DNA of 62,728 bases, counting the filler, from Choristocarpus tenellus KU-1152 (Eukaryota > Protista > Phaeophyceae): assembly GCA_964200185.2 (NCBI GenBank). It is 10 parts of 10 records of this genome, joined end to end, with 100 filler letters (N's around TTAATTAATTAA, not from the genome) between each part and the next. Parts side by side here need not be neighbours in the genome. Positions count along the whole stretch, not along the records: positions 1 to 12,667 come from CAXNAD020001747.1; positions 12,768 to 15,490 come from CAXNAD020025298.1; 8 more parts are not named here. The stretch is one strand, 5' to 3'. Each line of letters begins with the position of its first letter. The first letter of the stretch is position 1. Shown piece after piece: positions 1 to 13,035 of this stretch. The notes beneath the pieces are model-generated. The model was not told the DNA's origin. It ran no database searches and saw nothing but the letters and a program-made list of their open reading frames with translations. The position numbers and the translations under genes were made by a program.

Positions 1-36
1 CCCCCCATTCCCCTCCCCCCCATTGTACCCCCACGT

Positions 37-222
37 ACAACCAGTGCGCCCCCTTAGCCACTGATTTCCAGTCCCCCCCCCCCCCCCCATGCAATGAATG
101 ACCAACCAATGCGAACTCCTTTCGCCATTGATTTCCAGCCACCGCCCACCTCTCATGACCAACCAGTGCGACCCCTTAGCCACTGATTTCCAGTCACCAC
201 CCCACCTTTCAACCCCAATCAA
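37..222. repeat. Tandem repeat, about 60-bp period, 3 copies (core ACCAACCAGTGCGACCCCTTAGCCACTGATTTCCAG)
   Basis: Core recurs at about 37, 101 and 158 with few substitutions. Confidence 0.8.
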
Positions 223-294
223 CCCCACACCTCTTACCACTCCACCACACCATTCAATATACAACTCAAAACCCCAACATTTCCCCCCATTTTT

Positions 295-555
295 GAGCCA
301 AAGTATCTTAGAGGCTAGAGCTGTGTCCATTTGGGGGCCAAATTCCAATGTTGCGATCTTGATGTAATTTTGGATATCGTGTTGTTAGGAAGTGTCAATA
401 TCCATGTTCCGAGCACACCTTTTCATAACATACACACTTTACCTACTCCTAAACATCTTGGAGTAGGAAAATGTCATAAAAGAACCTATGAGAAGCCAAG
501 CCCCAAGTAGTGGACAAACAGGGCAAAACTCGTACCCTCTAAGATACTTTCACTC
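295..555 (+). mobile_element. MITE family A (about 255 bp)
   Basis: TIR GAGCCAAAGTATCTTAGAGG...TACCCTCTAAGATACTTTCACTC; about 12 homologous copies in the window. Confidence 0.9.
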
Positions 556-684
556 ATTTACTCCCCCACACCACTTAACACCACTGCATAATCATCCAAG
601 AACACCCCTTCATCTTCCACTTCATACCGTGCCTTTGAACTAGAAGACATCTATCTCGCCCAAACTTGACATTTCCCCCCTTTA

Positions 685-940
685 GAGTCAAAGTATCTGA
701 GAGGGTAGAGCTTCATCCATTCAAGAGCCAAAATCCAATGTTGTGATTTTGATTTAATTTTGGCTATTGTGTTTGTTAGGAATTGTCAATATCCTTATTC
801 TGGACACACCTTTTCATAACACACATTTCACCTACTCTGAAACATTTTGTGGTAGGAAAATGTCTTTAAAAAAAGGTGGGAAGTCAAGTCGCAAATGGAC
901 AAATAGGACAAAACTCGTACCCTCCGAGATACTTTCACTC
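685..940 (+). mobile_element. MITE family A, TSD TTTA
   Basis: About 23-bp TIRs; TTTA at 681-684 and 941-944. Confidence 0.92.
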
Positions 941-977
941 TTTACCCAGCATCCCAATCGGTCGTGAGCAAGCAAAA

Positions 978-1156
978 GGCTCAAAGTATCTGGGGGGGGT
1001 GGCTGCTATCCATTTGGGGTCAATTTTTTAATGTCGCGATTTTGGAGTGATTTGGTTGCATACGCCTGATGGATAATGTAAATGCACTTTTCCTGATTTT
1101 GAACAAATGGACACCCTGGTCTAGACCACCCCCCCTCCCCCCAGATATTTTGTGTA
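978..1156 (+). mobile_element. MITE family B (about 175 bp)
   Basis: GGCTCAAAGTATCTGGGGG...CCCCCAGATATTTTG; homologous to copies at 2927, 12768 and 21360. Confidence 0.85.
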
Positions 1157-2809
1157 AAGGGTGGGGGGACGGGAGAGCTTGCTCGGAGGTTGTCTTATTT
1201 TAGCCCTCCTCGTCCTGTACCACCAGCCTTAGGTTTTATTTACATTCTGATCATTCCTTCATACCTTGTGGCTCCACCTACCACTCATTTCTTTATCTTC
1301 TCTCCTACCTCTTCTGCCTCTTAGCCACTCGGCATTTAACTCTTCGTTCACCCCTTGACTACATTTTCTTTTTCCTTCCTCCCCTCTCTTTCCCTCTACC
1401 ACACTCCTACCAGAATTCTCCAGGACACAAAACTCAGATTACTTCATAAACTTTGCCTTCTGAGATCTCTGACACCTTCATTAACCGAATTCTGGTCGTG
1501 TTGTGTTTATACAAAAAAGGAACAACCGAACCGATTCTATTTCTCTATTGTTTGACAGCCTTCGACAAAATTCGGAAAATATCCTATACACATTTAGCGA
1601 AAGAGAAAAAGAGGAGGAAGATTATTGTATATCAGTATTAGTACATGGCACAGGTCAGCAAGTCCACTATTCAGTGTGCTTATAATGGTAGAAAATAGCA
1701 ACAATAGAAGCATAGGACCAACGAATCAAAATACCATGGTAACTCTGTTACTCTAGATAAAATGCTTCTCTTTTTGCACCAGCACCATGGTGGACCTGCT
1801 TTCTCCCTCCATTGTTCATCCTCACTAATCCACTGGTTGAAGCAGGCCAGCCCCACCTACACCCTCAGTTTTCCATGTTGATCTTACATTTGAGTGCTTT
1901 CATTGTCAGAGTCAAACTTACTGAGGTGTAGTAAAAACCTCCTCAGTTGTATATTCTGTATGGTTGTCAATTTGCAGTCCCGGCATAGTCTGGATCTTCT
2001 CTGAATCCTTAATTAAGACGATGATGCACCACCTGTTTGGCCTCCTTCCTCGAGAGCACTGACACTTCCTTTGGAATGGAATTGTATTATCCCCGCCAAA
2101 AGAGCACCAGCTCGTTGTTTGCTTGGGTCCATTGGGGACCTTTTGCATGACAGTACATGCCCAGTCCTGTAGAAGTTATGCGCTATCACAGCAGCAGATG
2201 CAACGTACCAAGGCACAGCCTCTGTGACACGAAAAAGTCCGGGAGGTATCTCTTTCCCACGACTTCTCTAAAAGGTCGCAACATCCGCCCCATAGCTGTC
2301 TCCCATAAGGTGCTTGGTTTTTAATATAATTTAAGCCCTGTACCGCATCAAAAATCGCATTGTAAGTGGAACAAGTCAAAGCGTTCGTGCTGGATCAATG
2401 GTCGATTTTGTGAGATAATTAATGAAGTTGGCAGTCTTGAAATGCACCACTAAGTAAACTAAATATTGCAACCTTCGAAAAGAAGCTGACTTCTTCCATC
2501 AACAAATCAATTATGTGGACAGCATTTTAGTGAGTTATACACCCACTCACTCACGTTTCCTTCTCAACCACAGACTTGTGGTGTTGGTAATAGGTGCTGG
2601 GAAACACATGGACACGACTGGTGAGGCTGCAAATACAGTTTGGAGTAACTAACCAGATATGTAATAGCAAATCACTATTGATATTGAGTGACAAGGAAGT
2701 GTACTATAGATACGTCTTGTTAGCCCATCTGTATTATTCTATTCTGTGTTCCAGTGGTAGATAGACGAGAGCAAGTTGATCAATACGTTCGTGTGGACTG
2801 GGTGATCAG

Positions 2810-3700
2810 GCATCCGCCCAATCCTTTGACAATGCAGTTCAGTATAGAACGAAACATCGATGCCAGCGCATACACACTCCCAATCTAATGCATCACCAAA
2901 AGAAATGTACTCTTATTACACATAATGACTCAAAGTATCTGTGGGGGGGGGTGACGGCTGTCCATTTGGAGCCCATTTTTCCATTTCGAATTTTTTGGGT
3001 GATTTGGTTGCATGTGTCGTATGGATTATGTAAGTGCACCTTTCCTGGTCAGGGCCCAAATGGACACCCTGGTGTAGACCCTTCTCCCACCCCCAAATAC
3101 TTTGAGACAAATCTTCGCGCAGGAATTGTTGAAAACTTGGCTGCGGATGACATCCTTTCCTCTGATATAGTTGTTGTCAAGATACGTGTTTGTTGTTGAA
3201 ACATAGGCTTACTCATCTGTTTTTCCTTAATACCATACAGTTCCACCAGTCAACACTGACTGTTGATTGGTCTGTTACGCACTGGTCGTTATTATCACTA
3301 GTCCATCATCACCACATCGATTTCTGTCAGAACACCGCAGTACAGAACAGTCGCTCTGCATTCTACACACAGGAATAGTATGCGTCACTTGAGTTGCATC
3401 ACATATTGGTTCAAGTTTGTGCGTTATTCTCTTGTTCTTCTTTTTTATCTCTCTTTCTTCTTCTTATCAGCAGAAGATGACAGTTGTACGTTAAGTGTTG
3501 ATTTTTTTTCTTTGTTGGTTATCATTGATCCCACATAATGCACCAAGCTCACTCTGCATTAAGTGCACCTAACGCACACCTGGATGTAATATAATCAGAA
3601 TTAAAACCACCGACGGAAAACCCTTGCCAGCCAAGGTAACAAGCCTCTCCACAGAGCATGAACTTCTACCGTTGATTATCTCATGAAAGAACACTGAATT
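2810..3700 (-). pseudogene. Highly degenerate Ty1/Copia reverse-transcriptase relic, interrupted by a MITE-B
   Basis: Frameshifted minus-strand fragments resemble Copia RT motifs in the expected order (LAGKGF ~ RLVAKGF; HPGVR..LMQSEL ~ HFDV..AFVQSEL; STIPA; GSVYALASM ~ GSLMWLASM); recognised by eye only. Confidence 0.45.
2927..3108 (+). mobile_element. MITE family B
   Basis: GACTCAAAGTATCTG...CAAATACTTTGAGAC; flanks TAAT/AAAT. Confidence 0.88.
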
Positions 3701-5220
3701 CACATCACATCATTCTTGACTGAGATATCAATGACCTCAGTTGCAACAGAATAAATACATCAGTGCTTTGCAGCATAATCACATCTATTCACAACACAGA
3801 CTATGCATATCACTCATCGGTACTTTGCAACACCATGATTCCTTATTGCTCGTAGTCTATGCATTTTGCTTACATGTACGATGTATTCGATTCAGGTTTC
3901 AACATTTGCTTATTTCATAATTGTTAATGAAGGAGCCCCTAGCAACATCCGCCCAGCGTATCATACTTGTGAAGCAGCAGGATCGGCGTACACCATTTAC
4001 AGGCACTTCTCCAATATCACACCCCAGTCATATATTTGCGAATGAGTCGCATTCTTTTGCCAGCAACCTTAACCTCACAAATCCATCTGGAGGTATGAAA
4101 GAAGCGATCACCGTCGTGAAGGAGCCACAACAAATAGTGAGGACTTGCTGCTGCCAGTGAGGCTGCTACCAGTGGTGACTGCTTTGTTGGAACCCCAAGT
4201 CAGAACGACTGGTGCAACGATGGTCAAGATGGTGCTTGTGGGGGAAGCAACAAGCAGCATCTCTGCACTCTCTGTAACACCAACATCTATGGAAACACCA
4301 TGGGTGTCTCTGATGCCATCCTCAGTCACAGCTGAGAACAAAATAGTAACTATAGCACTACTTATCAACAGTATTGGCAGATCAACAGTTGTCATGATCT
4401 TATTATACACTTGTCTGCTTCTGTTTCAATTGTTGCATAGCGACGATGTTGATGTGCAATAGCAAATACGGATAGATGTAGTATCACCCTTTCCTTCAGT
4501 TGAAGTTGGAGATCTCAAATATATACCTCTCGATCATGCAAGTACACTCACCATCATGTAATTTTTTTATCTTTTAAAATAAGTTGTTGATACATCAACA
4601 CAATACTTTTATGAACCATTATTTGCAGCACATTGTTAGTGTATGGACTATCACGACCCCTGATTAGAGGCGCTACACGCTGCACTACTTTTTTACTACT
4701 GACTACTGTTACACTATAGTGTGTGAGTGAATTGTACTGCCTCCAGTTCCTACCTTGGTTCTCCCATGTTGGGTTCAACATCCCCAACACTCATCCCTCC
4801 GTCTACTCCCTCGAATCTTGTCTTGGACCAACCTAGAAGTCTCCACCTTGATTCCGGTCCTGCTTTCGAGTGTTAAAGGGATAGACAGGATAGTGTAGGT
4901 GTACGTACAATCCGTTGCCCTTATCACCTTGAACAGGGTATTCAAAACCAGATTTCAGTGAAAAGAGTCTGTCGTTGCAGGGATACCAACCCCCGAGATG
5001 CGCGTGGGTAGCCTCTATACCACTAGTTCATTTGAATAGAAGAAGTATGTTCAACGTTTTCTTCTCGTTACCGGCTCTACATTTTCCTTTGAAGAGAAAA
5101 CGTTCGTTGTGATTAGAAAAAGCAGGTCAATGGTCTACCCCTGTCCTGTGTCTATGCACTTGGAAGAGAGGAGGCTAAATATTCACTAACTAATCAAGCT
5201 CTCAAATATCAGACCTCTTG

Positions 5221-8200
5221 ATGGGGCCACCCAGATGCGAGTGCTGTGGAGGGACAGACATCAACCCATCGAATGATGCTTCTGGAGACCTTACGTGTGC
5301 GAGGTGCTACACCGTGTTCCAAGAAAACACCATCGTCTCCTCCGTGCAATTTAGTGAGTCAGGTGGAACATCTAGCGTTGTGGGGCAGTTTGTCTCTGGA
5401 GATAAGTCGCGACCTGGTGGAGGAGGGGGGAGAGGAAGACCTAGGTTTAACACAGCTGGTAGTGACTCTCGGGACACCACCATTAACAATGGGAGGAAGA
5501 AGATTTCGCAGGTGAGAAAACAAGCTGGATTCGCCACATGCAATATCGTTCTTATTCCAATCTCAGTGGGAATCGTGTGAGCATCTGTCCAACCTCTAAT
5601 TAATGTATTTTTCTGCCGCTCTCTCTTGGACGAGTGTTTCCCTTCCCATGCTCCAAATATACCGTGCCCCCCTCCCTCCGTTTTTGGTACTTGCGACGCG
5701 GGTCCAGAATGTTCACTTAGTTAGAAATGAAACCAAAAGGTGATATATCTTTCCTCTCCCAAAACTAGCTTTTTCCTGCCTGAGTGCGACCGATCTTTCG
5801 GCTCAATATGACCCTGGAGACAGGTCATTCAGCAGCTACACCTCAGACCTAGCCTTCTGGACGTTGCCCACCGCATGTTCACCCTGGCTGTCCATGAGAA
5901 CTATGTCCAGGTATACTCAATTGTACCCCTCTTTCTCCCCCCCACTCGTTACACCTCTCTCCTATATGTTTGATTACGATGCCCCATCTCCCTCTCATCA
6001 CGGTAGTTTTCAGCACTCACTCAGTTGAAGATGGCATGGAGGAAAGGGTACAGAGGTGTAGCTCTCATGCTATCTAATCCTCGGCAATGACCGCTTGTGT
6101 ATGAAATAATCTGAAATGTTACTAAGAGAAAACAAGCTAGAGTCTCGTGAGAACCTCTGCTAGGTGTTTTATACACACTTTGTGGGTAAACATGGGAATG
6201 AATAGGATCAAAGCAGAGCAATTCAATCTCTGTTTGGCATGACCAAGCCTAACGGGAAAACAGTGCCTCACCATTTTGCTGCTTTCAAACTAGTGCGGTC
6301 TGGGAAAAGATAGGGGTTGTCTTATTTTCATCTCATGTGATAAGTGGACAGATGAGATGCATGTCTGGTATGGATAGAGAATACTACAAAATGAACTTTC
6401 AAGGAAGAGCAAAGATGCATTGACTAGTCTTCACACAGAGTTGGGTAGAAATATGCTTGGTAGTTAAGAATCCCAGCTGATTGTGAGAAACTATATGTGG
6501 AATCTATGAGGGAGCAACTGGGCAGGACTGGATAATGTAGGTGAAACATGCATTTCAGTTCTTAGAGACACAAGAAGGTTAATTAATGCACATATAATTG
6601 TATTGTTCTTATCCAGTGCACGTCCATAATACTCATGCAAACACAAGTAGTGAATGAAGTGACAGTTGTTTACTTATTTTAATTTCCTTGACACACACAA
6701 AACACACACACACACCAACAGGGGCGGAAGACGTTGCACATAGTTGCAGCATGTGTGTACATAGTTTGCAGAAAAGAGAACTACCCAGTGATGCTGATTG
6801 ACATCTCGGATAAGCTCGGTGTTAACGTATACGTCCTTGGCAAGGTAGGCATGTATCTGCATGTGTGCCCTTGTATATATGGATAGAGGGGGGCAAGGGA
6901 ACGGGGGAAGGGTTTACACCGGCCATGCAGAGCATGGCATTTTTAGGCAGGGGTGATGAAGAGGGTGGGAGATGATCTTTAACTTCCTCTTCCAAGGTGT
7001 TAAAGGGAATAATTCGTTGGTTCAGAGAGTTACATTGTTGTGTCCTCTGCTTTCTTTGCAGATGCCTCAAGTTCAGCATAGTTTGTGATATATAAAGAAT
7101 ATCACTATTAATACAACTCCTACTTCAGCTGCCATGTTACATTTAAGAGACTGCCTACAAACCATTATTTTGGTTTTCTTGTTTCCAGTCCGTTGTGGAT
7201 ACCAGTCTAGTATATTTTCCTCGTTACTCCGCTCTACTCCTACAAGAATCCAACAGGGAAGGTATATTTCCAGCAGTTTGATAAGGTGTCATCCCTTTGT
7301 TTCTTGCTCGAGACCCTTTCCTACTGCACCAGAAAATGTTCACTAATTTTTGAACCCCCAATCCTCTGCCGATGCCATCCCCACTGCTGTCCAAAATCGT
7401 TACAGACATTCCAACGACTCGTGACGTTCCTGAGGATGCAGCACGAGGTGCCCATAGTGGACCCAGCGCTTTACATCAGTCGCTTTGCTGCTAAGCTAGA
7501 TCTGGGCAAGAAACGGCAAATAGTGTGCACCACTGCCCTAAAAGTGAGTTGTGTGAGGAATGTGCAGATGATTGATTAGGTCAGGGACAGTATGGTATGA
7601 GTACAGGGGGAGGACTATCTTCAGTACCACTTGCATAGCACTGCATAGTCCATTCATGCCCTGATCCCTGACCCTTTGGCCTACGCCTTGTGGTGGATTG
7701 CTCTCTGCTGGTGTGTGGTTGAAGATCATTGCCCAAATGAAGAGGGACTTCCTGGCATCAGGGCGGCAGCCAGCAGGCGTTTGTTGTGCGGCGCTGGTGA
7801 TCTCCACGCGTGTCAACCAGATTGAGAGAACCAATGAGGAGATTCGCATGGTGATTATCAGCATACCTGCAGTTGATAATAGTTGACGATTGAAAGGTTT
7901 TTGAAAATGGAATGTACAGTGCGTAGTGAGTGATTCAGTCCCCTCAACCTCTTGTGCAACAAGTGTGTACGTAAGCCTGGTTGTTATTGCCCTCTGTGTG
8001 TGTGTAATGTCAAGATACACATTATTCACTACTGAAAAATTAAGTTTTTCCACCATCACCTTCCTGACCTCTTGCTCTGTCGTCATCCAGGCAGTAAAAG
8101 TGTGCGATTCGACAGTAAGAAAACGCCTTCAAGAATATGAGCAGACCCCAGCATCCCAGTTGACTGTGCAGCAGTTGCATGCACTGCCGTCCAATGGTGC

Positions 8201-11200
8201 TCTACCAGGCGTTCCAGGCAGCCATACGGGCACCACTGGAGGGGATAAGGCAGGAACTACAGCAGCTTCTGTTAGTTTTGACCCCCCTTCGTTCATCACA
8301 AACCGGTACAGTGTTTTGGGCATGACAAGAGTTGCTTCTGTTGTGGGTATGGACTAGGTCCTTGGCATAGTAAATTTGCTCTCTTTTACATTGGTTATCG
8401 TCTTTCAGTCGCTTATGTCACTCCCCTGGAACCTACGTATTGTAGTTCCCTTGTCCATTAAGTACCACTGTCAAGCTTGCATTCCGTTGTGCTGTAGGTT
8501 CTTCATAGCTTTTGAGCAACTCAGCTCCTCCCAATGTACTGTTATCCAAGCCCTAGTCCTTTTTGCAGCATTAAATTGCTGTATGTTGGTCCCAGTTGCT
8601 ATGTTTCAATTGCTTGCATTTTCTCTTGCAACTATCAGTGCTTCTTGTGCTCACATTTTAGATCGTGTGGTGAAACTTCCTTGTCGCCTTGCCTGCTCCA
8701 TGTATGGCCTTTCGCCCCTCCTTTGCCCTTATTCACTGGTGTCGAATCCCTGACATGGCACATGCTACACGCGTTTGCCTGTCTGAGCAGTATTAAGGAC
8801 GGCTGTCTCAATCTCATGGATCTCAATGTGGGGTCCCAAGAGGAGGAGGAGGCAGTGGGGGGGAAACCTTCAGAAGTGGACAAAGTGGGAACATACCCTG
8901 GGAGTGGAGATGACGAGGGAAGAGGAGGAAACAATAGAGGGAGTGCCAAAGGCAGGAATGGAAAGGCTAAGGCCAGCATAGCTAGAGGCAGGAAGTCTTG
9001 TAGTGGCATGGACAGTGGTGATGGTGACAGCGACGACACCGTTTCTGAGGATGAAGGTGATAAGCTGGGTAAGGTGAATGCCAAAGAAGCTAAGGCCACT
9101 ACCGCAGCTGCAGGGGAGGAGGCAGTGACATTGCCAGAGTTGAGCAAGTCGATGAAGAAGAGGAAACGTGGTGGGGGGGGAGGCGAGGATAAGCTGGAGG
9201 ATGAGAGGGAAGGGTGTGGAAGTGAGGATAGTGGTGGTGACAGTGGCTGTGAAGGTGGTGGTGGTGGTGGGAAGGTTGAAGGGAAGGGGAAGGAGGCGAA
9301 GGCAAAGAAGGGCAAGCCAGCCAAGGACAAGGGAAAGGACGAAGAGGTTGTTATCCTTGAGCTGGACACAGATACCAGCACCACAGAGGGACGACAAACC
9401 CTGGTGAGTAGATGTTTTTTTGTGTCACCTGTCTTGTTTACGAGACATGCTATGTCCATGTATCATTTTTTCCCCAGTAGGTCGGTGCTTTGCGTTGTAG
9501 CAGGCAGTTCTGGGAGGTAAAGGACAGGAATGCAAGATTTTTCACAGTATAGTATTTGGTCAGAGTATGGGGTTCAATTTCTGGTCTGAGGTTGCAGGTC
9601 CTAGAGGGTTGGGTTGAGGTGCTGATTTCAGCCCCCCTGGTGCCATGCCCACAGTATAAACAGTTCACAAGCCCCAGCTAAGTTGTTCTTATTTGGGGCA
9701 CTAAAATGGGACAAAAATGTGTAGGTTTGAACTTGTAAGTGATACCCCCATGTGTGTAGGACATTTTAATATTCATCCTTTGCAGTAGGAGGGTTTTAAT
9801 GACAGAACAGCGACTCCTCTGATTATGATAAGATGTGAAGATAAATCTGAGGTCTTTGATTCTGAACCCTGGCAATCCCCACCACTCTGCTGGGATTGGA
9901 GTCTCGGGAAGAGAATCAGCGCTGGGTCTGGAATAGCAGTATAACTGTAACATGATGAGCAGTAAAGGGGGACAAAGTCTAGAAGTGTGCTGTAAAAATG
10001 CTGGATTGCAGCTGTACTAAGGGTTTGATCTGAGAGTGAAGGGCCAAACTTTCATGTGCTCATGTCATCACCTGTTCGCCCACCCCTGTTGCCTGAGATG
10101 GCTCTCTGGAGCCCTAAATTTATGCCCTGCAGTTGCTGATATGATTCTCTCCAAGGAACTCATTTACCCCCTTTCTCCCCTCCCTGCAATATTGAACCTT
10201 GCCCTACCCCTTGTCCTACCTCCCCAAACATTTCATAAACTGCCTTGCCCTACTACATCCCTGCTTTGCGTGGCATACGTGTTTTGTTTTGTTTTTCTCT
10301 GCCCTGCTGTGTATTAACACGTCTGTGGTTCGATCATCCTTGTTTTGGTTGTGTCTGTGCTCTTGGGCTGTGTTTGGTCCAATCTACCTACCCTCGTCTG
10401 TTTTGTTTCCTGCCATATTTGCTTGTTATTTTTCTTTTGCTATCTGTTTCGGTGTGTGCTGTATGCCATGTTAGGCCCGGCATGTCCTACGTGTTAGGGA
10501 GGGGCAAACCAAGCGCAAGCGAACCAGAAAGTGGCACAACAAGAAGGATGAGGTGAAGAATGAGAGGATAGGGTTGGGTTTGTGTTGCGACTTTTTGTTA
10601 TTTGTCCAATGTAAGTCATTGACCCACAGGAGTCACAGGAAAGCCCCCCCTCGCCCCACCACCATCTCTATCCCGTGCTTCATCATGGTGGCAGGAGAAT
10701 GAGAGATTATTTGCTCTAATAAGTGAAAACATGGATGATGACTTTGAGGAGGGTGAGACTATCAAGGCTGAGGCTGCTAAGCTCCAGCTCAAGGCGGAGA
10801 AGAAGGAGCCCCAGGATGGAATGGAAGAGGGGGGAGGGGCATCTCCCGGGGGAAGAAAAAGCTCCTCGAAACTCAAGGAGGATGAGGAGGTGGAGGGGGA
10901 CTCGGAAGGAAAGCTTAGAGCAGCAGGGGCTTCGACTTCAGCTGTAGGGGATGGGAGGGGTGAAGAGAAGGATGTTGGCCATGGTCAAGAAGAAGAGAGT
11001 GCTGTGGGTGGTGATGGTGGTGAGGATGATGATTTGGATTGGGGTCTTTATATCCGAGGAAATGACGAATTCAAGAGGAAAGAGGAAGAGTGGACCAAGA
11101 AGAACGCTGACTGGCTTAAGGACCGGGTGAGAATATGTAGGGGGATGGGACGTCTAGTGAGACTGTTTCAAGTAATAGAGGGTGTGGGGGGGAGGATTCG

Positions 11201-12074
11201 TAGCATTTCATGTAACGTTGTGTAAGGTTGAGGAGAGAGTGAAAACTGTGTTTCTCACTGACCTAAGTTTTTATAGCAAGGAGTTGCTACCTTTGGAAAT
11301 GCACAAATTGTTGGACAAGGTGCTTGATTCGTGTCATGCTTTTGGCGTTACGATTACACCAAGTTTGGCCAGAGGTTAGTAGCATTTATGTTTTGTGCTA
11401 ATTTTATGTGGGAATAAATACTCGTCACTGTGTCTGTTTTGGCTTGTCAACCCTCCATGGCGAGCGATCGATCTCCTCTGAGTCAATTCGGTATTTTTTT
11501 TCTTTTTATTATAGTTTTATTAAAGTATTTCACAAGTGCGCTTGGAAGTCAAAAGGTTTTTGTAGCACTAACACAGTTAGTATTTGTATGAATAGTGGTC
11601 CATGTTATTTTGCTCTTGTGGTGGAGTAGTGTGGAGATATCCTGATAGGAGGGCATGAACCTGGCATGTTGGAGTGTGCTTGAAGGGTGGGGTTGTACAG
11701 AAATAGAGCCCTAAGGCCTGCATGTAGCCGATTGATAAAATCTTCCATCTTAGAGGTCTTGTCTCAGGATAATAGGATGCAGTCCCAGGTATACATTGAG
11801 TAGTATTTATATTATGTGTATTTGCCCAGAAGTTATGTCCTCCCCCTCCTCACTTCACTACCGCCCGGTCTCCGTCTATGCCTCACTCCACTTGGAGGAA
11901 AACAGAGTATAATTTCCTAGTCACTGGCCAAAACAGCTGCCTTTGTCCCGTGTGTGATATGGTGTATTGTGTTATGCGGGTGACCCTAATGCAGGAAGAG
12001 AAAGACAAGCTGGAGGCTGAGACAGGAGGGCCACCCCCCAGTGTTCCGAGAAAGAAGAATCGAGGAGGTGTGGG
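5221..12074 (+). CDS. BRF1: Transcription factor IIIB subunit BRF1 (TFIIB-related), 3' incomplete. Exons about 5221-5511, 5824-5910, 6722-6844, 7406-7543, 7725-7850, 8091-8305, 8791-9403, 10475-10552, 10695-11126, 11995-12074
   Basis: N-terminal Zn ribbon CECC..CARC followed by ENTIVSSVQFSE; cyclin-fold motifs VQGRKTLHIVAACVYIVCRKE, IVDPALYISRFA, MKRDFLASGRQPAGVCCAAL, TVRKRLQEYEQTP, DPPSF; all exons join in frame at GT-AG boundaries. Confidence 0.93.
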
Positions 12075-12667
12075 GTAAGTTTTCTATTTCATCTTTTGTT
12101 ACCCAAATACCTACTGGACAAGAGGGTGAAGGAGTGGAGGCTGGATAGCGGTCTGCATTGCTATGTTAGTGTCACAGAAGTGGTTGGGCGCTGTTTTAAG
12201 AAAGTTGGGGATGGGAGCTACTGTGTAGATGGGCATGGGACTCAGTGGAAAGACGAGCCCATAATATTGCTCTTTGAGGGGATAGGGAAATGGAGGAGGG
12301 TGTCATGGCTGGTGGTAGTTTGGGTTAGCCTTAGATTTTTGTGTGTGTTTTCCAATCATTGTTGAATTTCTTCTCCAGTTCCTGTTGAGGTTGCATGTCC
12401 CATACTACTTACACATTACTGTGGTATTTTTTAATATTTGTAGTATCCAAGTGTGTGGACTTTGTACTGGGTACTGAAGGGATTTTGTGTGTGCTATAGT
12501 GCTATCAATGTAGTTCTCTAACAGGTACGCAAGTAGGTCTTTTCAGCTGTTCTGATGTACAATGGAGCTTCTGTAAAGTTGTGAGGCTTTTTCTGTTGAC
12601 GTTGGCCCTCTCCATGCCCTGCTGATGTCCTTATCCCCCCCCCCCCCCCCCCCCCCCCCCCGTCTTC

Positions 12668-12767
12668 NNNNNNNNNNNNNNNNNNNNNNNNNNNNNNNNN
12701 NNNNNNNNNNNTTAATTAATTAANNNNNNNNNNNNNNNNNNNNNNNNNNNNNNNNNNNNNNNNNNNN
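12668..12767. other. Artificial contig-joining spacer N44-TTAATTAATTAA-N44. Identical spacers at 15491, 18364, 25165, 33214, 48043, 51655, 56696 and 59579
   Basis: Exactly 100 bp each; the central 12-mer puts stops in all six frames; genes break off at the spacers. Confidence 0.97.
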
Positions 12768-12928
12768 GGGGTGGCGGCTGTCCATTTGGGGTCCATTTTT
12801 CCATGTCGCGATTTTTGGGTGATTTGGTTGTATGCGTCGGATGGATAATGTAAGTGCACTTCTTGTGGTCAGTGCCTGAATGGACAACCTGGTGTAGATC
12901 CCCCCCCTCCCCCCAGATACTTTGAGCC
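12768..12928 (+). mobile_element. MITE family B (left end lost at contig edge)
   Basis: Internal homology to other B copies; right TIR CCCCAGATACTTTGAGCC. Confidence 0.85.
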
Positions 12929-13035
12929 TCCTCATCCTTTCAAGGCTGGAGATATATCTACAAACACCCTAATCTTCGACATGCTTTGTTCCCTCTTGTC
13001 CAACTATATATTTTTTTCTTAGTCGGTGATTGCAG

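Noticed and set aside
767-967. Short ORFs overlapping MITE-A copies (also 18466, 48300, 53200, 54272, 59214)
   Set aside because: They are incidental frames within a non-coding repeat and are not conserved between copies.
4585-4789. Solo-LTR candidates with TG..CA ends (also about 2578-2820 and 16854-16993)
   Set aside because: No matching target-site duplication and no second copy in the window.
8635-9459. 274-aa Ser/Pro-rich minus-strand ORF
   Set aside because: It is the antisense shadow of the purine-rich BRF1 exon.
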